Shown here one piece after another: positions 39,103 to 50,750 of a stretch of DNA of 64,000 bases. The notes beneath the pieces were generated by a model. It searched no databases and was not told where the DNA came from. It saw nothing but the letters and a program-made list of their open reading frames with translations. The first letter of the stretch is position 1. Every line of letters begins with the position of its first letter. The DNA comes from Azolla caroliniana (taxonomy: Eukaryota > Plantae > Polypodiophyta). A program made the translations under genes and the position numbers. Location: NCBI GenBank assembly GCA_043228905.1, contig JBHGNT010000004.1:23126001-23190000 (forward strand), in the 5' to 3' direction.

Positions 39103-39987
39103 CTCCCGGTGAGTTGTGGCACAAAAGACTGTGTCATATGAGCTAGAAGGGGATGAGAAGACTTGCTGAAGACAACCTCATTCCGGAGGTGAAAGACGTG
39201 CATCTTGAGAAATGCCCCGATTGCTTAGCCGGCAAGTAAAACCAAACCTCCTTCTGGTCAAGACCACCAATGAGACGGAATGCACCACTAGAACTGGTGC
39301 ATACCGATGTGTGTCAAGTGGACACGAGGTCACATGCCGGATCACAGTACTTTAGGACGTTCCTAGATGACCACAATCGGAAGCTATGCATCTCACCATT
39401 GAAGATGAAGGATTAGGTGTTGTCTGTCTTCAAGGAACTCCACGTGAGAGTGGAAAGAAAAACCGGCCGGAAGCTAAAAGCGGTTCGAGTAGATAACGGA
39501 GGAGAATACCGGGGGCAGTTTGAGGAGTACTGTCGATCGAAGGGAATCTGGCTCAAATTCACTGTGTTGAAGACGCCGGAACTAAACGGGCTGGCCGAAT
39601 GCATGAACCGGACCGTGATGGAGAGAGTTCGGAGCATGTTGGCACATGCAAAGCTATCCAAGACGTTTTGGGCTGAGGCGCTGATGACGACAACATACGT
39701 GATTAACAGGTCACCCTCGGCACCCTTGGAAGGAGACACACCACAGAGAGTATGAACCGGTAAAGACGTATCTTACCGGCATCTGAAGGTGTTTGGGTGT
39801 CTTGCATATGTGCATGTTGGAAAGGACAAGAGAGCAAAGCTGGATCCGAAGTCCACGCCATGCATATTCCTCGGATACGGCGATGATGAGTTCGGTTACC
39901 GGGTATGGGATCTTGTCGACAAGAAGGTGTTCCGAAGTTGGGACATAGTCTTCATGGAAGACAGGACCATTGCTGACTGGGAGTCAA

Positions 39988-42900
39988 TGTCATGAATACG
40001 TAAGCATCGTGGCCTCACTTGGGTTGAACCCAAGACCTTGTAATACATAATCAAGAACCTAACCATTAAGATAGCATATGATCATATAAAATAATAAAAG
40101 CTACTTCTTATAATAGACTGACTATTGTAAATGTTTTGGAACATTCTAGAACATTCTAGAATATCCTAGAACTTCTTAGAATATTCTAGGTCTAGAACAT
40201 TCTAGAACATTATAGAAATCACTAGGCTATAGGAACTTATAAATATGGACATATAATTCTTCTCAAACCAATTCGAATCAACACTAGTCTTAAGCTTTCG
40301 TCGCCTATCTTGTATCCATCTTTGTTCTATCATACTAATACATTCATTCATCTCTTATCACTTCATTCTTCTCTTCTTGTGATCTCTTTCCATCATTCTT
40401 CCGCCACTCTATCTTTTCTCTTGGTTCTGACAGTTTGATTCGAATTCTCTCTCTCTTTCTGTCTCTCTCTCTCCCCCCCCCCCTTTTATCCTCCTCTATA
40501 AACCTCACGAAACCATGGCTATCATCAACTCAGAAAAATATCTCACCCTTGTTGCAGAAATGGAGAATCTTAAATCCAAGTTCGCATCTCTTGAATTAGA
40601 GAATCAACATCTTCTTGGGGATCTACAAAAGGTTATTGTGGAGAAGCAACAACAAGAAGAAGAGTTTACGCGACGGGTGCAACAATTAGAATCAACAATT
40701 GTAATTTTACAACAACAAAGGGTCGAAGGTCAAGGAAGTATTAAGGAGTCCAAAATCAGTCTCCCGGCTAAATTTGATGGTTCGAGGGCGAATTTCCGAG
40801 GCTTCTTGAATCAAGTGCGGTTGGTAATCCAAATGCATCCCACGCGTTATCCGACACATGCATCACGAGTCGGGTTAGTGGGCAACTTATTGAGTGGCAT
40901 AGCATTGTCATGGTTTGCTCCATTACTAGAGACAAATTCTCCTCTACTACATAATTTCGAGGAGTTTGTCAAAGAATTTAAGGCTTGCTTCAGAGATACA
41001 GATGGGGCAAGAACGACAATCAACAAGATTCGTACACTACGTCAAGGTGAGCAACCAGCCTCAACATATGCAGCTAATTCTCGTCTCATCGCAAGTGATA
41101 TTCCTTGGGATGAACAAGCCCTAATGGAGCAATTTCGTTCCGGTCTTCGTGGTGATGTGAAGTACTTTCTTCTTACCTTCCCCGAGGATCCAAAATCATT
41201 AACAGATACGGTGTGATAATTGTCTTTTTAAGCGTCGATGTGAGCGACAACAACAAATAACAAGATCAAGATACACACCAACTTATGCATCAGTAACGGC
41301 GCAATCGTCTCCAAGGCAAACGTATAACCCTGCTCCAACCCCAAGGAAACACGTAGCCTAGCCCCAATGGATAGGCCAACGCCCATGGAGATCGATATGA
41401 CCCAACGTCGAGGACCATTGTCAAAAGAAGAGAAGCAACGACACCGAGCAAATCGTCTGTGCTTATATTGCGGAGGTCCAGGACACATAGTCACTCATTG
41501 TTCCCGTAGGCCAAGACGTCAGGTAAATCACATTCACTATGACAGTAAAATCCAACATTTTAGAAGCACTTAGTGATTCTAATATTATGAATAATCCACC
41601 CTTGTCCAATAAGTTTGAAGTCCTAAACCAATTAGAAGAGGAGTCAAACGAATAAATCCGGCCAAAATAGGAGCCATTTGGTTGGACAACCCTAGCTCTG
41701 TACAACTGAGTGTAGGTTCCATTTCATCCAAGCATGTTAGTAGAGTCTTCTCAGCCCAAGTACAAGTTAGGACACCGAGTTTCCAACTTCATGTCCAATC
41801 CCTCTTAGATACCAGAGCCAATTCTTGTTTCATGGATAGAGATTTTGCCCAAAAACATCAAATATCCTTGCCCAGTTTTTGTAGTAGTGATTAATGGACG
41901 TCCCATAGATTCCGGGAAGATATTTGAAGAGTCTGAACCAATACACATACTCTTAGGTGATTTAGGATGTGTAGTTTCCTTTAATATAATCTGTAGCCCT
42001 GAGCATCCAATTGTCCTTAGTTTGCCATGGTTCGAGCTACATAACCCACGAATTGATTGGGGGAGGCAAGAGATTTGGTGCCCTTCTACAAAAAACATCA
42101 TTGCTAAGGATCGAACCCAGGACTATTCCCTTAAAGAATATAGTTCTACCAGTGCACCATCTCCTTTTCACCAAATCTCAACTATCACATTGCAACAAAT
42201 GTTCCAAATGGGAGGAACTTTTCTTGTTTGCAATATCAGTGACACCTTCTAGTGCCACTCAAGGGAATTCAGACATCCAAATTCCCGAAAAATATCAAGA
42301 ATATGTTGATGTTTTCGACAAAGTCAAAGCTAGTGTACTTCCAAAGCATCGGTCGTACGATTGTCCCATTGACCTCCAACCAGGAAAGAGCCACTATGGG
42401 GCCCAATCTACAATCTGTCACCAATTGCGCTTGAGGTTCTTTGAGAATACATCGAGGAGAATCTTGCACATGGGTTTATTCGACATTCAAAGTCTCCAGC
42501 CGGTGCTCCTATATTTTTTGTGAAGAAAAAGGACGGGTCGCTTCGTTTGGTCGTGGAATATTGGGGATTAAATAAAGTCACCATAAGAAATAGGTATGCT
42601 CTTCATTTAATCTCCAGTCTTTTAGAGCACATTGGTGGGGCAAAACATTTTACAAAGATTGATTTAAGGGGTGCATATAATCTTGTTCGCATTCGATTGG
42701 GAGATGAGTGGAAAACGACATTTCGCCTTCGCTATGGTCATTTCGAGTATACAATCATGCCTTTTGGGCTCACAAATGCACCCACAGTTTTCCAACATAT
42801 GGCAAATGACATTTTCCAGGATTTTCTGGATATCTTTCTCATAATCTATTTAGATGATCTGTTGATTTACTCTAAAACACAGCAGGAGCATGATATACAT

Positions 42901-45421
42901 GTCCGGAAAGTACTTGAACGCTTAAGAAAGTATGGTCTATATGCTAAGCTTGAGAAGTGCAGTTTTGACAGCGAACAAGTCGAATTCTTGGGTTATACTA
43001 TTTCATCTAAGAGTAGTCCCATCCAGTCGCGTTTCACTCGAGAAAATTTATTGTTGTCGAGATAAACTATGAGGTGCATGACAAGGAGTTACTAGTTGTG
43101 GTTGACTCTTTCAAGCAATGGCGACATTTCTTGGAAGGATTGCCTCATCAAATCATCATTTATAGTGATCACAAAAATCTTACGTATTTTCAAACGGCTC
43201 GAGTGTTAAATAGGAGACAATCTCGGTGGGCACAATTTCTAACTCGTTTTGATTTCAAGATCGTTTTCCGCCTTGGGAAGCAACAAGGGAAGCTAGATGC
43301 TCTATCTCGACGTTCATATCTCGCACCTCGACCTGGAGATCCGGCCTTCGACAACCAAAAGCAAATTCTACTAGGACCATCAAAGCTACAAGCAACAACA
43401 GTTTATGCCACGCCATTGGATTCACGCCTTGTTGATACTATTCGGCAACAACTTCACTCTGATGATTTCGCTAAGGATGTCTCAGTCCACATTAGTCCAA
43501 GCCATGCATCTTGCTCCACAATGCAAGGTTCATCTCTGAGTCAACATTATCAGGAATTCAAGTGGCAAGATGGCTTACTCTTTTACAAGAATCTCCTTTA
43601 TGTCCCTGATGGATCACCTCGCCTTCAAGTATTAGAGCATTGTCATGATGCCCCTATGGCTTGACATTTTGGTATTGCCAAGACCATGGAGTTGGTGAAG
43701 TGCTCGTTTTGGTGGCCTCATTTGCAAAAATTTGTTGAACATTATGTTCGTACATGTGACACCTCTTGTCGAGCCAAAATACCCAAGCATCATCCTTATG
43801 GCTTGTTACGACCGTTACAGCCTCCAACCAAGCCATGGCAATCTATTTCTATGGATTTCATTACATATTTGCCACCTTCATAAGGATTTGATACTATTTT
43901 AACAGTAGTGGATTGGTTTACCAAGATGGCACATTTTTTACCATGTGTAAAGAGAATCTATAGTAAGGAAACCGCAGATATCGTTATGCGTGAAGTATTT
44001 CGCCATCATGGTCTTCCAAACGATATAATTACTGATTGTGGTCCTCAATTTATCTCTCACTTTTGGAAGCACCTATGGGCAAGCCTCAAAATATCCTACA
44101 AACTCTCTTCGGCTTATCATCCACAAACCGACGGACAAACAGAGCGCACGAATCAAACGCTCGAGCAATATCTTTGATGCTCCATCAATTATCAACAAGA
44201 TGATTGGAGTAATATTCTACATCTCGCTGAGTTTGCATACAATAACATAGTACACTCTTCTACCAAGGTTACACCTTTCTTTGCGTACACCGGCAACCAT
44301 CCTCGATGGTGTATCTTGGATCTTCCCAAGGTCACTCGAAACCCTAGTGCTAAGCATCATCTTCATCGACTACATCGAATTCAATTAGCATTATCTTCAC
44401 ATCTTCAGATAGCTCAAGGACAACATAAGACCAATGCCAATCACCATCGTCTTAAGTCTCCTTTTAAGTTTGGTGACCAAGTATGGTTGCTTCGTCGTCA
44501 CATCAAGACTACTCGGCCATGTGAGAAGCTTGATATATTAGTGCTTAGGTCCTTTTCTCATCACTGCGTGTATTAACGATGCCACCTTTCGTCTTAATCT
44601 TCCAGCACACATGCAGCTTCACCCAGTCTTTCATAGCTCTCTTTTGGAACCTTGTCGCACCTCTGCCATTCCTAATCGTGTCGTGCCACCTCCTCCCTCT
44701 GTCCAACTTATTGATGGCCCTAAATACGAGGTAGCTGCTATTCTCGATAAAAAGATTGTGCAAAATAAGCTCTATTATCTAGTTGATTGGGTAGGCTATA
44801 TCCTCCGAGTGATCGCACTTGGGAACCCGTCAATAATGTTTCTAATGCTCAAGCTTTTGTCAAAGACTTCCATCGTCGTTATCCAAACAAACCGGGCCCT
44901 ACATTGTTAACGACGACTTCCACTCGTCACTCTCGAAGAGGAAATCGTGTCATGACTACATAAGCATCATGGCTTCACTTGGGCTTGAACCCAAGACCTT
45001 GTAATACATAATCAAGAACCTAACCATTAAGATAGCATATGATCATATGAAATAATAAAAGCTACTTCTTGTAATAGAATAACTATTGTAAATGTTTTGG
45101 AACATTCTAGAACATTGTAGAATATCCTAGAACAACTTAGAATATTCTAGGTCTAGAACTTCTTAGAATATTCTAGGTCTAGAACATTCTAGAACATTAT
45201 AGAAATCACTAGGCTATAGGAACTTATAAATATGGACATATAATTCTTCTCAAACCAATTCGAATCAACACCAGTCTTAAGCTTTCGTCGCCTATCTTGT
45301 ATCCATCTTCGTTCTATCTTATTAATATACATTCATTAATCTCTTATCACTTTATTCTTCTCTTCTTGTGATCTCTTTCCATCATTCTTCCGCCACTCTA
45401 TCTTTTCTCTTGGTTCTGACA
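39988..45421 (+). mobile_element. Gypsy-F, chromovirus (Tcn1/Tf1-sushi-like), decayed
   Basis: LTRs 39988-40432 and 44948-45421, TSD GTCAA/GTCAG. Gag (PAKFDGSR, CLYCGGPGH), protease LLDT, RT ([13 protein letters not shown]), RNase H, integrase, and chromodomain YEVAAILD..YYLVDWVGY. Confidence 0.95.
40139..40245 (+). promoter_or_regulatory. Heat-shock-element-like nGAAn/nTTCn array plus TATA box in the Gypsy-F LTR
   Basis: GAAcaTTCtaGAAcaTTCtaGAAtaTcCtaGAA..., then TATAAATA at 40238. Confidence 0.65.
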
Positions 45422-48330
45422 GTCAGAGAAGAAGGTGATGAACTCCGGATCTTCCAATGAAAACCGGTTTGAGGACACAAGGACTTACCCGGTTAAAAAC
45501 CGAATGTTAGCCGATAACCGGATGACACTCAATGAACCGGCCGGATTCGGACAAGAAACTGAACCGACCGAAGACGAAGAAGAAGAAGACACCAGAACCA
45601 GACGAGATCCCGAATTGGATTTGGATGGAGAACAAACAGAGGAACCGGTAGTCAGAAACCAAGGATAAAGATACCGTCTCAGAGAGAGAAGAGCCCCCAG
45701 AGATTTCTGGATGTAGAGCACGTATTGTTGACCTATGAGGGGGAACCGAAAGGCTTCGAAGAAGCAAAGAAAGACACCCACAACCGCATGTGGTTGAGTG
45801 TCATGCAAGACGAGATGGATTCCCTGCATGAGAACCACACATACGAACTGACAGAGTTGCCGAAAGGAAAGAGGGCACTCCGGAACAAGTGGGTATACAA
45901 GCTAAAACCAGGAGATGTTGGAAATCCAACAAGGTATAAAGCCTGGATCGTGGTGAAGGGGTTCCATCAGAAGAAAGGAGTGGATTTCGATGAGATCTTT
46001 GCCCCGATAGTAAAGATGACATCTATCCGGACGGTATTGAGCATAACGGCAAACATGGACCTCGAGGTAGAGCAATTGGACGTCAAGACGACTTCCTACA
46101 TGGTGACCTCGAAGAAGAGATCTACATGCATTAACCGGAAGGATTTGAGAGGAAAGGGAAGGAGCACCTGGTATGCCGGCTAAAGAAGAGCTTATACGAA
46201 TTGAAGCAAGCCCCCCGGCAATGGTACCGGAAGTTCGACTCCTTCATGACGGATCAAGGGTACCACAAGACGCAAGCCGATCATTGTGTGTTTGTGAAGA
46301 AATTTGACGGAGGAGATTTCCTGATATTGCTCTTGTACGTGGACGACATGTTGACTGTCGGACGAGACCAAGTCAAGTTACGAATGCTGAGAAAGGCCCT
46401 AAACCGGACTTTCTCAATGAAAGATTAGGGTCTTGCAAGACAGATATTAGGGATGCACATAATCCGGGACCGGTCGGAGAAGCTGTTGTGGTTGTCATAG
46501 GAGAAGTATGTGACAAATGTGCTTCAAAGGTTCAACATGTCGGAGGCGAAACCAGTCGGATTGACACTTCCGGCAAACTGCAAGTTGTCCGTTAAGCAAA
46601 GTGTGAAGAAAAAGGCAAAGAAGTCAGATATGACGAAGATACCATATGCCTCTGCCATCGGAAGCTTAATGTACGCAATGGTGTGCACCCGGTTGGATAT
46701 TGCATACGCTGTTAGAGTAGTCAGCCGGTTCCTGAGCAACCTGGGAAGAGAGCACTGGAACGCGGTCAAGTGGATACTCAGTTATCTGAAAGGCACCCCG
46801 AGTATGTGCCTCCGGTTTGGCTCCGGTAAACCCCAACTTGACGGATTCATAGATTCGGATATGTCGGCTGATGCGGATACCAGTCGGTCTACATCCAGAT
46901 ATGTCATGACTTATGTAGGGGGAGTTGTATCATGGCAGTCGAAGCTACAGAAGTCCGTTGCACTGTCGACAATGGAAGCGGAGTACATGGCAACTGTGGA
47001 AGCCGGCAAGGAGATAATCTGGATGAAGGACTTCATCGGAGAGCTAGGGATCCGACAGGAGGAATTCCGGCTCTACTGCGACAGTCAAAGTGTCATCCAC
47101 CTTGCGAAGAATGCGGCCTACCATTCCCGGACCAAGCACATCCAAAGGAGATATCACTGGCTCCAAGAGAAGGTAGGAGATCAAGACTTCGTGCTGACGA
47201 AGATCCACACAAAGGAGAACGGATCGGACATGCTGACCAAGGTGCTTTCAACCGACAAGCTGGATGCGTGCCGAAAACGAATCAAATTAACGAGAAATCC
47301 CATGTCGGAGTGAAGGGGGAGTTTGTTGGGAATTCGGTCCCTCTGGATGAGAACCGGAGGACTCGGATCGGACGACCTGGATTAAGAAGCCAGATTCGGA
47401 AGGGTTCCGGATAAGATCCGGAAACCGGAACCAGTGAATTCGGATGGATCCGGTGCGAACCAGATCCAAGGACATATATTGTAAATATGTTAGAGTAAGC
47501 CCACTGAAGCTATATTTGCAAATAGCCTAAAAGTCAAATAAGTATAAATATGACTTAGGGCAATCACTTTACTGTGAGTTGTAGAGGGTTGTTGTTAGTT
47601 TTGTTGTTAGTTTTGTTGTACACAGAGAGAGTAGCTATGATCACGTTCTGTTGTAACCGCTGTCTGGCGAAGATCGCGAGCACGAGGTCATTGCCTCTGT
47701 GTTTCCACTTTGTATTTCCTCTCATATTGTGATAGTTTGGAGTTAGTGGGCTCCCGTGGTTTTTCCTGATTAGGGTTTTCCACGTAAACATCCTATGTTT
47801 CTTTATCATTGATTTGTGTACGTGCATTCATCATACCTATTTCCCATTTCTAATGTTTGGTCCTTCATAGAGTGATTTGAGACTCGGTTGTGGCCGAGCA
47901 ATAATTCCGCGCTAGTTAGAATTAGAATTTTTATCGTCCATAAAGAGGCCAATCCGGTCCGGGCCACGATCTCAGCGAGCACCCACACACACACACACAG
48001 AACACTGAAATGCAATGTGGAGCCTTTGTTGGGAGCACACGACTTTCTACGCAAGCAGAGGTGTCCGGCAAAAGAACTCTTGTAGAGGATAAAGCAGTGA
48101 ACAATGCTCAGTTCCCAGTCCAACAACACTTCATTCTCCTTAATTGCGATCCCTAACTCAGTCCTCTCTCCCTCCTTTTATAGACCAAGGAGAGAGAGGG
48201 CAATTACATCAAGTAGTTAATCTCGACCGTTTCAGACAGAGATTCACCTAGATTTATTCATGTATTTAATTTGTCGTATTAAAGTTTCCTACATCACGCT
48301 GACCTAGCCTAGTCCTAGGTTATCTACAAG

Positions 48331-48359
<29 letters not shown>

Positions 48360-48364
<5 letters not shown>

Positions 48365-49095
48365 GGAGACAGGTCCCTCCGGATGGGAAGGGAGAAGAAC
48401 AGTGCTGATGAACAAACTCGGCCGAGGCCGAAACCGTGTGAGCAGTACCCGGCTACGGAGAGCCGGATGGTGCAGACCCGGCTACGGAGAACCGGATGGT
48501 GCAGACCCGGTGAAGAACCGGATGAGGAGTACCTAGCTACGGAGAGTCGGATGGTACAGACCCGGTGAAGAACCGGATGAGGAGTACCCGGCAAGATCCG
48601 GATGATGCAGGCCCGGTGAGGAGTGCTCTCCGGATGAAGAGACATATTTGTAAATATGTTTCTGAGAGTCCATCGTGGCTATATTTGTAAATAGCCGAAA
48701 AGTCATATCAGTATAAATATGACTTAGGGCAACTTTTTTTAGATGACTGTTGTTGTTGTTATTCCTGTTGGTGCAAGAATAGAGTGAGCGCATAATACTG
48801 TACAGAGAGAGAGAGAGAGCAAGAGGTCGTTGCCTCTGTTGTAACCGCCGCCTGTGGCGAGGATCGTGAGCACAAGGTCATTGCCTCCGTGAACTCACTG
48901 TTGTACATTCTAGCATAGTGATAGTTTGCAGCCTGTGGGCTGCCGTGGTTTTTCCCTCTTTGGGTTTTCCACGTAAACATCTCGTGTACTCTTCTCCTCT
49001 TTGTGTCGTGCTTTCATTTCCCATTTTCTGTGCATGAATCTAAGCTTGGTTGCGGCCGAGCGTTGCGTATAGGGGAGGGGAGCGTACAGTTCCCG

Positions 49096-49098
<3 letters not shown>
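48360..49098 (+). mobile_element. Solo LTR related to Copia-D LTRs, inserted in (TA)n
   Basis: TG..CA ends with TATAT on both sides. Shares gtaaatagcc..aaaagtca..gtataaatatgacttagggcaa with the Copia-D LTR. Internal ccgg-rich tandem repeats at 48440-48620. Confidence 0.88.
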
Positions 49099-49127
<29 letters not shown>

Positions 49128-49333
49128 CAATTTGGTTCACACGCCCTTGGTCTCCATTTCTTCTTGTAGTCAATTTTCCTCATGACACCGGTGTACAACA
49201 TCTAGTGTGCATGAGGTTACCCCACATGAGAAGTTTTTCGGAAAGAAGCCGGATCTTTCACACGTTCGGATATTCGGCTCCATTGCATACGTACTTGTTC
49301 AAGGCAATAAATCTATACATAGTGAGTACCCAC

Positions 49334-49561
49334 TAGGGATTGGCAACAGCTCAACTCAAGCCTAAACCGTTTGGCTTAGCCAGCTTGAAAACAGCTTAGC
49401 AGCTTAGCGGCTTAGCGGCTCGGTTTAGGCTTGAACTTGCCTTAACAGTTTGAGCTCGGCTCGGCTCGGCTTGAGCCTCGCCAAACCGGCTCAAGCCGGC
49501 TAAGCCGTTTAGAAATTTTAGAGAGAGAGGGGAAGAGAGAGGGAGGGAGACAATAGACAAG

Positions 49562-49598
<37 letters not shown>

Positions 49599-49730
49599 TT
49601 CCAAACCAGTTTCCAAGCCGGTTTGGAAACCGGTTACCAAGACCGATCCCGGAAACAGTTTAGGCTTAGCCGGTTTGGCTTGGATCAGGCCAAACCTGCT
49701 AAGCCTAAACCGAACTGTTGCCGATCCCTA
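49334..49730. mobile_element. hAT-type MITE
   Basis: TIRs TAGGGATTGGCAACAG / CTGTTGCCGATCCCTA. 8-bp TSD GTACCCAC/GTACCCAT. Confidence 0.9.
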
Positions 49731-50750
49731 GTACCCATCTCATTTCACATTGAAGAGGATGTGAGTCATGTCATATTTAGACCCCATAAAGAAGCATTTG
49801 TGTAATGAAGGTGTCGAGTTGTGAATGCAAATTATGAATACCACAACATTTGCCAAGTTATGATGTTCGTGGAGCAAATTTGATTCCAAATTAGGTTGCG
49901 CCTTAGAGTATGCATCCTGGATTGCCAACGAATATTTCCTAGATGCATCACAACATTGTCAACAATATTATAACAAAGGCTATGTTTAGCCTTGTGTTGC
50001 ACAAATATAGGAGAATCGAAACCAAAGCTTGATACTTGTCTACTCTCCCAAACCTTTTGCCCCCACAATTCCACTTGATCCAACCTTAATAGACTTCAAG
50101 GTTTGCTAAAAAGAACCAAATTTTCCTCATATGACTAAGAATGACAAATATGTCTTCGATTGTCAACGAAAAGGGTTTCTTATCATATTTTTTGAATGTG
50201 TGATTCTTATCATAATACTTCGAGAACATTTGGTCGCAAAAGCGTTTTATCTTTCTGTAAACCTCTTTGCTTTAAAGGCAAAATTAATTCTTTAGTGTGA
50301 TGTTGAGGAGTTCATAGGAATCCAACATTATACCCTTAGTGTCACCCCACTAGGATTAATTGAAACCATCTTCACAACACCACCTATCAAACCAATCTTC
50401 GTTGCATATACACCTTGATTAATTGATTTCCTTGAATATCCTAATCCAATACCTCTATTGATTTAATACATGTTAATTATTGAATGGAAATTGGATATTA
50501 TACATGAAAAACAATTATGGAGAAGACATGGATTTATATTAAAAAATAGTAGAGTCGTGAAGTGTGATTAATATAGAGTGTTTGTTACAACAAGAGTTGT
50601 AACTCATATGCCCTCAAGAGAAAAGATACAAATACAACTTAAGAATGAAGCTTTGAAATATCTTTAAGCTTCATAAAATATAAAATGTGATTATTGAAGA
50701 AATTTTGCATGTATCCAAGTAACACGATTCCATTATCATTTGTAAAAGAC

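Larger units (their letters stand above)
35543..47917 (+). mobile_element. Copia-D (decayed), interrupted by Gypsy-E and Gypsy-F
   Basis: 5' LTR 35543-36153 and PBS TGATATCAAAGC at 36157. Gag-PR 36183-37454, integrase ~39100-39987, RT-RH 45422-47313. PPT GAAGGGGGAG. The 3' LTR (47324-47917) lacks its last ~7 bp. Confidence 0.93.
21730..49187 (-). mobile_element. Gypsy-A (same family as B and E; mostly deleted)
   Basis: TGTC..GACA outer ends flanked by CCGG. The 3' LTR is 21730-21966 plus 34441-34904. The 5' LTR remnant is ~47948-48359 plus 49099-49187. PPT-like tract at 34905-34919. Integrase C-terminus (ALWANQTTHSLVTGFMPAELMYGQKP) on the minus strand at ~34960-35542. Confidence 0.88.
19550..49300 (+). 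mobile_element. Copia-1 (decayed; own sequence 19550-21729 and 49188-~49300)
   Basis: LTR 19550-19995 (TG..CA) and PBS TGGTATCAAAGC at 19996. Gag ~20150-21000, protease WFVDSSALNHM, then integrase. The frame ..YLMNR (21729) resumes as CTTSSVHEVTPHEKFFGKKPDLSHVRIFGSIAYV after 49191. RT, RNase H and 3' LTR are absent. Confidence 0.9.

Noticed and set aside
41641-41660. -1 frameshift site between Gypsy-F gag and pol (G TCA AAC before TAA)
   Set aside because: The frames fit a -1 shift, but the heptamer is non-canonical and the element has many decay indels.
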